Shown: piece by piece, positions 8,433 through 17,629 of the stretch
How positions within the stretch are numbered: position 1 is the stretch's first letter
How the letters are laid out: the number at the start of each line of letters is the position of its first letter
From: a virus
Taxonomy: Duplodnaviria > Caudoviricetes
Direction: 5' to 3' (one strand)
DNA length: 64,000 nt
IMG/VR virus record: IMGVR_UViG_3300037484_000435
Span: 96,001-160,000 of that record
Program-made: the position numbers and the translations under genes
Notes under the pieces: generated by a model
What the model was told of the DNA's origin: nothing
The model's input: only the letters and a program-made list of their open reading frames with translations
Database searches by the model: none

Positions 8433-9704
8433 ATGGTACAACAAGCGTTTGATTTTGAAAAATTTGCTATCAGAGATGTGAAATTAACCCAAGAAATCAA
8501 AGAAGGAACTTACCCAATTAATCAAGCGACAGTTATTTCTGTCAGTGCCCTAGAAGATATAAAAGACCTATTACGTTCTAAACTTTTGGACAATACAGTT
8601 TGGGGTGCCGAGCCTATCTCTGAAAAATCCCTTAGGGGCCTGATGGATGAAATAGGAACTGAATGGACAACCAAACAAGGGAATTGGCCCAAGCGTTTCG
8701 CTAAGGTCTTTAAATACCGAAGAAGCCAGAAGTTCGATAATGACTTTCTCTCGCGGGTTGGAAAAATAGCGAGAGAATCATGTATTATGTCCACTGGTAA
8801 GGAACTAGTGGTTTCGAAAGACTTCGATTGGAGTCCGGGGGACTACGGTGACTACGACTCGTGCTTCTGGAGATGCAGGTCTGGAGCCAAGAAGATACTT
8901 AGAGACGCTCGTGCATTTGCACTGCTGATCCACGGAGAAGACGAGAACCCGTTAGGCAGAGCATGGTGTGTGCCCTATAAGTCTTATTACGTAGTGTTTA
9001 ATGCTTACGCACGAGGCGGGGAATCGATTACTATTGTAACCTTCGCCAGAATAGTGTCGGATATATTCAATTTTCCCTACTACAGGAACGTCCGACTTAC
9101 ATGCCGAGGAATGACTGAGGGACCTCTCTGGATAAATAACGGGAAAGGCTATGTTGTAGGACCACAAGAGGTAGCAGACCTAGATGATGTCAATTTAGAG
9201 CACGCTCTGTACTGTTCGAGCTGTGACGAAGAGTGTTGTTACGAAGCCCACCTTGAAGACGACAGAGTGTTTTGCGAGAACTGCTATTCAGGGTCTAACG
9301 TGTGTGAGTGTTGCGATCGACGCATACACGATGACGACACTTATTGGGTACATGACACAGCTATTTGTGGAAATTGTGCGGACAATGATGCCGAGCGTTG
9401 TTATGAGTGCGAGAACCTAGAGTGGAACGACAACATCACCTACTACAGAGATGAGGCTTATTGCGAACGTTGTGTAGATAGAAAATTTGTTACGTGCGAT
9501 AAATGTAAAGAATTGGTACATCAAAAGGACACATTTAGCCTCAGAGACGGGTATTGCTACTGTGATGATTGTGTAGATGAACACACTTTCATTTGTAAAG
9601 AGTGCGGATACAGGTTTTCCAATCTAGAGGACCACGAAGAGGGAATGTGCTGGACGTGCTACCGCAAGCAACATCCAGAGGCAACCTCTCAGCTAGCTGT
9701 GTAA
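8433..9704 (+). CDS. uncharacterised phage domain fused to about five tandem zinc ribbons
   Basis: DYGDYDSCFW...GRAW in the N-terminal half; ten CxxC motifs in the C-terminal third. Confidence 0.75.
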   Translation: MVQQAFDFEKFAIRDVKLTQEIKEGTYPINQATVISVSALEDIKDLLRSKLLDNTVWGAEPISEKSLRGLMDEIGTEWTTKQGNWPKRFAKVFKYRRSQKFDNDFLSRVGKIARESCIMSTGKELVVSKDFDWSPGDYGDYDSCFWRCRSGAKKILRDARAFALLIHGEDENPLGRAWCVPYKSYYVVFNAYARGGESITIVTFARIVSDIFNFPYYRNVRLTCRGMTEGPLWINNGKGYVVGPQEVADLDDVNLEHALYCSSCDEECCYEAHLEDDRVFCENCYSGSNVCECCDRRIHDDDTYWVHDTAICGNCADNDAERCYECENLEWNDNITYYRDEAYCERCVDRKFVTCDKCKELVHQKDTFSLRDGYCYCDDCVDEHTFICKECGYRFSNLEDHEEGMCWTCYRKQHPEATSQLAV

Positions 9705-9714
9705 AGGAACCTAA

Positions 9715-10641
9715 ATGAAAGTTAACCTGAAGATACTAAAGAACATCTGCACGCTGGATGAAGATAAACTCAAAAACCATCTTACGGTTGTAAGACCTAA
9801 CTTAAAGGACCACGGGACATACCTCTATAGTGAGAGCCCAGACGCAAAAGTATTAGCGGTAGCACATCTTGATGTGCATACCGTTCTAAACGCCCAGTTT
9901 CGTTTGGTTAAAGACGAAAATACAACGGTCATACTACACCCTGGTCTAGATGACCGTTTAGGAGTATTCACTATCCTTTATCTATTCCCTCAATACGGAA
10001 TTGCAACCGACATATTACTAACCACTGACGAAGAATGTTGTATGTCCACCGCACGTGAGTTTGTAGAGAATTGTAAAAAGGATTATAATTGGATTGTTGA
10101 ACTGGATCGTGCAGGCGAAGATTTTGTCATGTACAATTATGATGATGACAAAGAAATAATTCACGACTTGAAATCAGTAGGATTCCAACTTGGTGTGGGT
10201 TCTTACTCGGATATTTGTGAGATGGAGGAACTAGAAGTCAGTGCCTTTAATATGGGCATTGGCTATCATTTCCAACACACCCCACAATGTTGCGTAATTC
10301 TTAGGGAGTTGGCCAAACAATTGCGTAAACTAAAGAATTTCTACGATGAATTTAAAGACAAAGCCTACACACATGTTTACGACCCAACTACAGCCTATTC
10401 ACGCTTTGGTAGTCTAGGTGTTTACTATCCGTCAGATCGTGACTTCCGCGATGAGGCCGATTATCTTTACGGTACATCTAGGGATCGCGAAGAGGAAGAC
10501 GATTACGATGGTGCAGACGTCTACTGGAAAAATGGAAAAATGCACTGGTCCTATGTGGCCCCGCGTAGGGCCTCCTGTGGGCAGAGTCGTGATCGAAGGT
10601 TGTGGAGTGGTCACTGGGACGAAAACGAAGCGGACTACTAA
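9715..10641 (+). CDS. M28/M20-like zinc peptidase
   Basis: AHLDV, GLDDRLGV, TDEE, ELDR, YSDI and GYHFQHT metal-ligand motifs. Confidence 0.8.
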   Translation: MKVNLKILKNICTLDEDKLKNHLTVVRPNLKDHGTYLYSESPDAKVLAVAHLDVHTVLNAQFRLVKDENTTVILHPGLDDRLGVFTILYLFPQYGIATDILLTTDEECCMSTAREFVENCKKDYNWIVELDRAGEDFVMYNYDDDKEIIHDLKSVGFQLGVGSYSDICEMEELEVSAFNMGIGYHFQHTPQCCVILRELAKQLRKLKNFYDEFKDKAYTHVYDPTTAYSRFGSLGVYYPSDRDFRDEADYLYGTSRDREEEDDYDGADVYWKNGKMHWSYVAPRRASCGQSRDRRLWSGHWDENEADY

Positions 10642-10658
10642 GGAACAAAGAAAGGAAT

Positions 10659-10958
10659 ATGACTGCAGGTAAAAGCTATTACATAGATTTCAGGTGCCCC
10701 AAATGCGGGCACCCGAGATTGGAGGAAAAGGTAGAGGGAGTAATCTGGTTTAGCGAGGTTAACTCCTTCTATCAAGAAGAAGATGGTCTCACAACTAGTG
10801 AGGAAATGGGGGATATGGAAGATTTCCATGAAAACTCTGAAGTGACAGCGTATCTTTGCCAAGAGTGCGGACACATAATTGCTACAGATGCTTACGAAGC
10901 CTTAGAATGGCTTAAAGAACACGGCATGATAGGAAAGAACCCATATGAAACCGCATGA
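10659..10958 (+). CDS. zinc-ribbon protein, paralog family member D
   Basis: IDFRCPKC...YLCQEC...EALEWLKEHGMI; AAGGA RBS. Confidence 0.75.
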   Translation: MTAGKSYYIDFRCPKCGHPRLEEKVEGVIWFSEVNSFYQEEDGLTTSEEMGDMEDFHENSEVTAYLCQECGHIIATDAYEALEWLKEHGMIGKNPYETA

Positions 10959-11172
10959 CGGGCCTGAAACCGCCGATGAAATTTATCCGTGGTTACTGGA
11001 AGACGAAGACCCCCCCCCAGAAATGAGCGATCTGGACGCGTTAGACATGTTAAATTATTTTCGAGACCGCTCGCTCAGTAAAGGGTATATGATTATACCT
11101 GATTTTGAAACGCTAATGCAAGCCGTATACATAGCCACAACGTGGTATTATGAACGGCAAGGAAAGGAGTAA
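10945..11172 (+). CDS. hypothetical protein
   Basis: 75-aa acidic ORF. Confidence 0.5.
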   Translation: MKPHDGPETADEIYPWLLEDEDPPPEMSDLDALDMLNYFRDRSLSKGYMIIPDFETLMQAVYIATTWYYERQGKE

Positions 11173-11588
11173 TGGGACAATACCACATAGTCTGTAATGT
11201 TGACAAGGGTGAATTTTTACACCCATGGAAATTCGGCCAAGGATTGAAATTCCTAGAATTTGCTACCTCAGGCGATGGGATACTTTACGGACTAGCTACA
11301 TTAATCGCAGATAGCATGGGCAGGGGTAGTGGGGACCTTAGAGTGGGGAACGCTATAATAGGTTCTTGGGTAGGAGACCGTGTAATAATTACCGGTGACT
11401 ACGGAGGAAAAGAACACATTCCGCAGGAAGAACGTAGGGACTACGAGAGTTTCTATGATTACGCTATAAACTGCTATGAAGATATCAGTGATAAAGTTAT
11501 TAAAGCCATACGTAATGCTGACCCCCACTCTCGTCTGCAGAACGTGAACTTCACAGAAGAGGGCTGGCGACATGTCCGAAGCAATTAA
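11172..11588 (+). CDS. conserved phage hypothetical protein
   Basis: MGQYHIVCNVDKGEFL...GSWVGDRVIITGDY, a pattern I recognise from other phages. Confidence 0.65.
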   Translation: MGQYHIVCNVDKGEFLHPWKFGQGLKFLEFATSGDGILYGLATLIADSMGRGSGDLRVGNAIIGSWVGDRVIITGDYGGKEHIPQEERRDYESFYDYAINCYEDISDKVIKAIRNADPHSRLQNVNFTEEGWRHVRSN

Positions 11589-11805
11589 ATGTCCTAACTG
11601 TGGAAAGAAAGAAATAACGATTACTGGAACGTTCAAGATTTATTATCATTGGCTTCAAGCAGAAGAAGACAAACACTCCCCTTGCTTTTTTGATTATGAA
11701 CTGGGGGATTACGAACCGATTGATGGCTACCCTCTTGAATTTATATGTCACTCCTGCAACCATGTATGGGAAGGAGACAATGACAAGGATTACTTTACTG
11801 ACTAA
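11572..11805 (+). CDS. zinc-ribbon protein (possibly a distant family member)
   Basis: IKCPNC...FICHSC. Confidence 0.6.
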   Translation: MSEAIKCPNCGKKEITITGTFKIYYHWLQAEEDKHSPCFFDYELGDYEPIDGYPLEFICHSCNHVWEGDNDKDYFTD

Positions 11806-12146
11806 TGTTACCAACAATCAAACTGAAAAATATTGATACGCAAGTAACTTTTCACGGGGATATTGATTGGGAAAAGCACCTCAAAGATAACACCCCAATT
11901 ACACAACTCCTCGATAACCTACGCCCAGATTTGAACGTATGGTTATACATTCCCCAAGGTTGGGGCTCAAACACTAGACCAGAACAACACCAAGACTTAA
12001 GGAAATACATAGAAGATAACTTAGGTTACGACAGTATAAAAGGAAAGATGAGAATCTGGGATCATCGCGGTGACTGTTATCGACTATGGTGCAGGGACAG
12101 ATTAACCTTTATTCGTATTTTGAATCTGTTCAAGGACAATGAATGA
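11805..12146 (+). CDS. hypothetical protein
   Basis: 113-aa ORF, TAATG coupled. Confidence 0.55.
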   Translation: MLPTIKLKNIDTQVTFHGDIDWEKHLKDNTPITQLLDNLRPDLNVWLYIPQGWGSNTRPEQHQDLRKYIEDNLGYDSIKGKMRIWDHRGDCYRLWCRDRLTFIRILNLFKDNE

Positions 12147-12352
12147 CACAATTATTTACAGGCCACACTCTCACCAACACACGTGCAGAAGAAATTGTTG
12201 AGGCGATTAATGCTATATCGGATGCGTGTGACGAGGAAATACGGGTCCTATGTATAGAAAATGATGGGCCCGTTATAACCGTCGTAATTAATAATTCGGA
12301 TTTATATGATGAGGTCGTAGCACTAGGTGAGGCATTCTCCGCGGAGAACTAA
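12143..12352 (+). CDS. hypothetical protein
   Basis: 69-aa ORF, ATGA coupled. Confidence 0.5.
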   Translation: MTQLFTGHTLTNTRAEEIVEAINAISDACDEEIRVLCIENDGPVITVVINNSDLYDEVVALGEAFSAEN

Positions 12353-12357
12353 ACAAC

Positions 12358-12579
12358 ATGGTAAAAGAAAAAGAAAAGCCACGCCAAAAATTAAAAAAGG
12401 GTGACCGGGTAAGACTCTGCTCACAGTTGGACGAACGGGGAAAAGTAGGGACTCTTCTAAAATGGGAATACCACAAGGACACTGGGGTATTCTTCATTGA
12501 CTTGAAACCAGACGACGGAGTAGGATATTACTTTATGGGAACGAAGAAGCAATTTTCTTTAGAGAAATTGGATGATTAG
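12358..12579 (+). CDS. small SH3/KOW-like beta-barrel protein
   Basis: LKKGDRVRL...GKVGTL pattern. Confidence 0.45.
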   Translation: MVKEKEKPRQKLKKGDRVRLCSQLDERGKVGTLLKWEYHKDTGVFFIDLKPDDGVGYYFMGTKKQFSLEKLDD

Positions 12580-12593
12580 ATATAGGAAAAGAA

Positions 12594-12869
12594 ATGCCAA
12601 AACCAACACTTAATGAAAGAACCCCTATTGTGGAACAATGTAGAACAGCCAGTCTGACTGTAACTACGCCCGACCCAAAAAACAAGGACAAGAAAGTTAC
12701 TGTTAATATACCTTGCCCGAGGATAGACGGCGACTATTGCACAACCTATCTGTATCCTAGCCTAAAATGGCGAACAGGGTCTTGTCCATTCGCACAGTCA
12801 GCCGTGACTGAAGAACAGGAACGCATGTTGAACCCATTGAAAGCCTCAAAGAGAGCCGCAGGAAAATGA
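12594..12869 (+). CDS. PxxKW-family cysteine-rich protein-like
   Basis: PIVEQC...CTTYLYPSLKWRTGSCPFA...NPLKASKRAA matches the family pattern I recall from Desulfobacterota. Confidence 0.7.
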   Translation: MPKPTLNERTPIVEQCRTASLTVTTPDPKNKDKKVTVNIPCPRIDGDYCTTYLYPSLKWRTGSCPFAQSAVTEEQERMLNPLKASKRAAGK

Positions 12870-13180
12870 TAGAAGCTTTAGCAAAAGAAGGGTGGGAAAG
12901 AGACCGAACAGAGGAGGTTTTTGTAACAGGCAACGAAATACTTCTTTCCTTCTACCACCCCTCTTTTCCTTCTTGTGACTTGGTTCTCGGGATACAACTC
13001 AGTTGCGGAGAGGAAGGGGGCAGCAAAGTAGGTCTGAGTCTAGCTCTTAGGTCGCTGGATTACCAAAGTGGGTCAGAGAATTATAAGGAATGGCGGGACA
13101 AAGAGATAAATCCTACCCTAGTTACCGATACCGCTGAAGAACTACAAAAAGAAATTGATGATACTGAGGGATACGTATGA
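12866..13180 (+). CDS. hypothetical protein
   Basis: 104-aa ORF, ATGA coupled. Confidence 0.5.
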   Translation: MIEALAKEGWERDRTEEVFVTGNEILLSFYHPSFPSCDLVLGIQLSCGEEGGSKVGLSLALRSLDYQSGSENYKEWRDKEINPTLVTDTAEELQKEIDDTEGYV

Positions 13181-13377
13181 TACAATTCATTTTAACAGTT
13201 GTACAAGACACAGACAAAGATGAGGATGTTATTGCTGATTTGGATGAAATCATTGATGACCAATTTGATATTTTCATCGAGGGTCTGATGCAGAATTACC
13301 CCCACACCGAGTATTGTTCTAGTGTAGATTGGGGTTATGGTGACTCTGAAGGTCACGAGGAAGAAATATGGGATTAA
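13177..13377 (+). CDS. small acidic hypothetical protein
   Basis: 66-aa ORF, very D/E-rich. Confidence 0.5.
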   Translation: MIQFILTVVQDTDKDEDVIADLDEIIDDQFDIFIEGLMQNYPHTEYCSSVDWGYGDSEGHEEEIWD

Positions 13378-14123
13378 TAGCACATGTGGACACCAAACGG
13401 GTGCCCGTAGAAGTAGTTATGGACGTACCCACACCTGACCGCACCCGTACTTGGGGTGCTATAGGGCATGGGCAACTAATCGACACCCTGAAGGGTGCAG
13501 TAGATAAAACTAACCTGGTAATCAAACGGGAGGAGTATTCCTTATCCAAAGATGGTGGAAGAATGTTTGGAGTATTCACCCTAGAGAGCCTCGACCTAGA
13601 GAAATCCAACATGCTGGGCTTTAGAAATAGCATAGATAAGACTCTCGCTGTGGGTTTGACCGCAGGTGCCCGAGTGACGGTTTGTGACAACATGGTTTTC
13701 TCAGGTGAGTTCATTGATTATCATGTTCACCGTGCTAAACTTACCGTGGAGGCCCTCGAAATAGCAGCTGATACAGCCGTGCAGTCGATGCTGGTGAAGA
13801 TAGCGGAATTCAATAACTGGCACGAAGGCCTAAATCAATACCAGCTCAAAAGGACAGACGCAGAAGCACTTACCTTTCGTGCGGTAGAAACAGGCGTCCT
13901 ATCTCCGGGGAAATTCGGAAAGTTTCATGAGTTATTCTTCACAAAGAACAATGAAGAAAACGATGCTTACTATGCAGACACCCTTTACGGGTTTCATGGT
14001 GCAATGACACAACTGTGGAATAATAATTCCTTAATAGGTACAGCACCCCGCCACGAAGGGCTGGTGAAACTAATAGAATCTGCAAAAGGTAGCTTACTGG
14101 GGCAGGGCGAAATCAGGAATTAA
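13368..14123 (+). CDS. DUF932 domain protein
   Basis: PTPDRTRTW..IGH...GRMFG...RNSIDK...GARVTVCDNM. Confidence 0.75.
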   Translation: MGLIAHVDTKRVPVEVVMDVPTPDRTRTWGAIGHGQLIDTLKGAVDKTNLVIKREEYSLSKDGGRMFGVFTLESLDLEKSNMLGFRNSIDKTLAVGLTAGARVTVCDNMVFSGEFIDYHVHRAKLTVEALEIAADTAVQSMLVKIAEFNNWHEGLNQYQLKRTDAEALTFRAVETGVLSPGKFGKFHELFFTKNNEENDAYYADTLYGFHGAMTQLWNNNSLIGTAPRHEGLVKLIESAKGSLLGQGEIRN

Positions 14124-14125
14124 TT

Positions 14126-14314
14126 ATGATTAATATACAATGGCTGTGGGTCATCGCCCTCAGGTTCATGGCCTTCGCTCTCATACTCTACGCAGGTATA
14201 TTTGCAGGAACACTGCTCACCATAGAGTTCTTAGGTTATATGGGTAACGGTGTAGCCTGCCTTATCCTCGCCAGATTAGAGGAAATTTCACTTACGAAAG
14301 GGCGGGATTTATGA
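14126..14314 (+). CDS. small two-helix membrane protein
   Basis: Two hydrophobic segments. Confidence 0.5.
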   Translation: MINIQWLWVIALRFMAFALILYAGIFAGTLLTIEFLGYMGNGVACLILARLEEISLTKGRDL

Positions 14315-14910
14315 TTCCCGTAGAACGCATCTCACGTTATTGGTACATAGATACAGAAAACACAGGCCTGATGAATTGGAATGACTATGATGCTCCCGAA
14401 GAGTTTTGCTTACATTGTGTATCTAAGAGACATCAAGATTATTGCATATCCATAGAAATTTCATTGCACAATTGGAGGGTGGGCCTCATCACATTGTGGC
14501 ACAACGAAGGCGGAGTTCTGCGCCCCGTAACCCATACGAAACCGGACGTACCTAATTTAGAAGACCTTCTCTTAGATTGGGCACACCACCCGCAGAAGTA
14601 TGATAAGAAAGAGGATTCAGTAATGAAGTCTATCCTCCTTATTGATAAATGGAGAAAGGGGCTAGAGGGGCAAGCTTCACGCTTGAAACTCAGAGCTACT
14701 GACTTGGTACAAGAGGGCCAACACAGAGTAGTGTGCAGATTTAACGGAACGGAGCTGGATGATGACGAATTCTGTGCTCTCGACGAGAAAGAACAAATAG
14801 CTTGTTTAGAACAACTATCTCGTGCAATAGAACACAAAATGGGGTTAGTATTGGACGATTACAATACAATCGTAGATCAGCTCAAGCATCTTGTAGGAAT
14901 ACACAAATGA
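14311..14910 (+). CDS. hypothetical protein
   Basis: 199-aa ORF. Confidence 0.55.
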   Translation: MIPVERISRYWYIDTENTGLMNWNDYDAPEEFCLHCVSKRHQDYCISIEISLHNWRVGLITLWHNEGGVLRPVTHTKPDVPNLEDLLLDWAHHPQKYDKKEDSVMKSILLIDKWRKGLEGQASRLKLRATDLVQEGQHRVVCRFNGTELDDDEFCALDEKEQIACLEQLSRAIEHKMGLVLDDYNTIVDQLKHLVGIHK

Positions 14911-15116
14911 TTAACGTCAAGCAAGAAATAAAAGGGCATATTCTACACCTCTGGACGGATCTGAGAGAACGTCATGGTCCGTCCAAATCTAAAAAGACAA
15001 CCATAGTGGCGTCCTCTGAGGGAAACCAACGGATAGAACACGAGATGATTCCAGAGAACGAGGAGATGTCCTTTGGATTAAATGTCTACACGAAAAAAAT
15101 CAAAAGTAAGAAATAA
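14907..15116 (+). CDS. hypothetical protein
   Basis: ATG at 14907 overlaps the upstream stop; AGGA RBS. Confidence 0.5.
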   Translation: MINVKQEIKGHILHLWTDLRERHGPSKSKKTTIVASSEGNQRIEHEMIPENEEMSFGLNVYTKKIKSKK

Positions 15117-15237
15117 AATTCACAAACTACTTCGGCTAAGAACCTTACAAAAGTCGCAATAATTAAACCAACCTATTGGCCTTAAGGATAGGTCGAACTA
15201 TCACACACTTCACGTCTCGCAGGGAGGGCCACATGAA

Positions 15238-15582
15238 ATGGAACACTACAGGGGTACCCATGTAATCATTGACCTGTTTGGCTGTAATTTTGACCTCATA
15301 AATGATGGGCCGTACATGGAAAACGTATTGTGCGAAGCATCAGTAGAGGCAGGTTGTACTATATTACATAAGTACACACATAAATTCGAACCCCAAGGGG
15401 TAACAAGCATAGTAGTGTTGGCAGAAAGCCACATATCTGCCCACTGCAGTCCAGAGTATAATAAAATTTGGATAGACGTATTTACGTGCGGCAGCAGAGC
15501 CATGCCCGAGAAAGCTGTGGCCCTCCTGATTGACAAATTGAAACCAGAAACATTCACCACAGAAACTATTGAGCGTGGTTGA
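15238..15582 (+). CDS. speD: S-adenosylmethionine decarboxylase proenzyme (class 1B)
   Basis: GTHVIIDLFGC...FEPQGVT..VLAE|SHISAH..PEY...DVFTCG; self-cleavage Ser, His and Cys all present. Confidence 0.93.
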   Translation: MEHYRGTHVIIDLFGCNFDLINDGPYMENVLCEASVEAGCTILHKYTHKFEPQGVTSIVVLAESHISAHCSPEYNKIWIDVFTCGSRAMPEKAVALLIDKLKPETFTTETIERG

Positions 15583-15628
15583 CTGTACAACAAGGAAAGG
15601 AAAGACTGTATAGGAGCTAAAACAACTT

Positions 15629-16597
15629 GTGTTAACGAAGGAATTAAAGGAGTTCACCTTTATTGACCTCTTTGCTGGTATAGGCGGTTTTAGATTGGGC
15701 CTAGAAAGCATAGGCGGAAAGTGTGTGTTTTCTTGTGAGGTAGATAAACATGCGGCTAAGACCTATGAAGCTTGGTATGGAGATAACCCACTAGGCGATG
15801 TAACACAGCTTAACCCATTAGATGTACCAGACCACGATATACTGACGGGAGGATTTCCTTGTAAATCCTTCAGCATAGCTGGTGTATCACAACGGGTCGG
15901 AACAAATAAGCCCCATGGATTTGACGACAAAGATACCGGACACCTGTTTTTTGAGATAATCAGAATTTTGAAAGTAAAATGCCCGCCAGTAGTTCTGTTG
16001 GAGAATGTAAAAAATTTACGGTCCCACAACCAAGGTCGTACATTCTCAACAATTCAGAAAAAACTCGGGGAGCTTGGGTACAAAGTATTCTATGAAGTAA
16101 TAGATGCTAAATATTACGTTCCACAACATCGAGAAAGAATAATCATTGTAGGTTTGAGAAAAGATGTATTTGGAGAAGAAATAAATTTTGAATTTCCTAA
16201 TCACGACAAACTCGAACCGAAGAAATTAAAAAGTATTCTCGAAGAAAACCCAGACCCAGCTTATACTCTACCTGATGGAACATGGGCCTACCTACAAAGA
16301 CGAAAACAAACGAATATAGACAACGGAAAGGGGTTTGGTTACAGTTTGGCAAACCCAGAAGGTATCACTCGAACTCTAAGTGCAAGGTATGGAAAAGATG
16401 GGGCGGAAATACTAATTAAACAAAGTGGAAACCCGCGGAAACTCACAACTAGGGAGACAGCCAGACTAATGGGTTTCCCAGACCATCTCCCTATTGTTGT
16501 ATCAAAAACTCAAGCATACAAACAATTTGGGAATGCAGTAGTGCCATTAATAATAAAAGCCGTTGGTCTAAAGATAAGAGAACTAATCACATCCTAA
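15629..16597 (+). CDS. dcm: C5 DNA cytosine methyltransferase, Dcm/EcoRII-like
   Basis: DLFAGIGG, GFPCKSFS, LENV, QHRERI, TLSARYGKDGAEILI (Dcm-like target-recognition region), QFGNAV. Confidence 0.9.
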   Translation: MLTKELKEFTFIDLFAGIGGFRLGLESIGGKCVFSCEVDKHAAKTYEAWYGDNPLGDVTQLNPLDVPDHDILTGGFPCKSFSIAGVSQRVGTNKPHGFDDKDTGHLFFEIIRILKVKCPPVVLLENVKNLRSHNQGRTFSTIQKKLGELGYKVFYEVIDAKYYVPQHRERIIIVGLRKDVFGEEINFEFPNHDKLEPKKLKSILEENPDPAYTLPDGTWAYLQRRKQTNIDNGKGFGYSLANPEGITRTLSARYGKDGAEILIKQSGNPRKLTTRETARLMGFPDHLPIVVSKTQAYKQFGNAVVPLIIKAVGLKIRELITS

Positions 16598-16603
16598 TAA
16601 CTA

Positions 16604-16643
16604 ACCTCCTGATACACTACAGAAATTAAATGTGTCAGGAGGT
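16604..16643 (+). promoter_or_regulatory. hairpin sequestering the Shine-Dalgarno of ORF 16651
   Basis: ACCTCCTGA (16604-12) is the exact reverse complement of TCAGGAGGT (16635-43). Confidence 0.7.
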
Positions 16644-16650
16644 AAACCAC

Positions 16651-16896
16651 ATGGCAGCACACAGAATGGCCTGGACTTTGTCCGAGACCAAACAACTAAT
16701 TGAAAACTTTGACGAACCCATACAGGTATTAGAAGAATTATTTCCGCGTCACCCTAAAGCGAGCATAGAAAGAAAGATGACACGCTTGCGTAAAGAGGGA
16801 AAGATTGGTATGAAGTCAGAAGACACAGTCAAACAAGCATATAAAATGCGACATATCCCAGAGAAAGAATTAACAAAGAAACGACCCCTTAAATAA
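16651..16896 (+). CDS. small Myb/SANT-like HTH protein
   Basis: WTLSETKQL...LFPRHPKASIERKMTRL; AGGAGGT RBS 7 nt upstream. Confidence 0.55.
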   Translation: MAAHRMAWTLSETKQLIENFDEPIQVLEELFPRHPKASIERKMTRLRKEGKIGMKSEDTVKQAYKMRHIPEKELTKKRPLK

Positions 16897-17159
16897 TGAA
16901 AGACTACGAAGAAAAAATTATTGCTCTGCTTCGAGAAAAAGGTGACTACTCCTTCGGTCTATTAGGTTATATATCGGACCAGTACACGGCAGGCGAGCTT
17001 ATGCAAATACCAGCAGTGTACTCGGCAGTAATAAATAGTCACGGGAGCTTGTTTGTGGAAGACGTAATCCAAGAAGCTATTGAAGATGAAGGTTACCCAT
17101 TCCGAGAAGAGTTGCTCCAACTAGTCCCCGAAGACGTGCAACTAGGAGACCCCTCGTGA
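16896..17159 (+). CDS. hypothetical protein
   Basis: 87-aa ORF, TAATG coupled. Confidence 0.5.
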   Translation: MKDYEEKIIALLREKGDYSFGLLGYISDQYTAGELMQIPAVYSAVINSHGSLFVEDVIQEAIEDEGYPFREELLQLVPEDVQLGDPS

Positions 17160-17629
17160 GTATGCAGAAAGCAACAATCGAAAGATTGGAGCAGTCAGCA
17201 CTAATAATACGCACAGAGTTACAAGGATACCAAATCGGTAAGTTTACCAAAGAGCCTGAATTAGGTGTGTTTGATATCCCCATGTTTGGTATTCGTATTA
17301 AATGCGTAAGTAACTTCAGGGATGACGATGCGAACTTTCGTGTAATTGACATACCAGATATAGACTCCTTTGACAGGAATAAGCTATTCTTGGAACTTGC
17401 CTCTAGTGGATATTTGCGTTGGATACGTACAAAATATAGCTCACATGGGTATTTTGTTTTATTATCCTATGAGAAACGTGGAGAAAAACTACTCAAGGCA
17501 GCAAAGCTTAAAGCAAAAGAAAACAAAACAGGAGATTTCCGTATCAAATACTTAGAAAGCTTAATCAGAAGGCCTTTCATAGAAGTATATCAGGAAGACC
17601 CTACTATTTTCGATTGGATAATGCTATGA
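17156..17629 (+). CDS. hypothetical protein
   Basis: 157-aa ORF. Confidence 0.55.
   Translation: MSMQKATIERLEQSALIIRTELQGYQIGKFTKEPELGVFDIPMFGIRIKCVSNFRDDDANFRVIDIPDIDSFDRNKLFLELASSGYLRWIRTKYSSHGYFVLLSYEKRGEKLLKAAKLKAKENKTGDFRIKYLESLIRRPFIEVYQEDPTIFDWIML

Noticed and set aside
15117-15237. SAM or spermidine riboswitch upstream of speD
   Set aside because: Only a short ACCTAT...ATAGGT stem is present; the SAM-I core motifs are absent.
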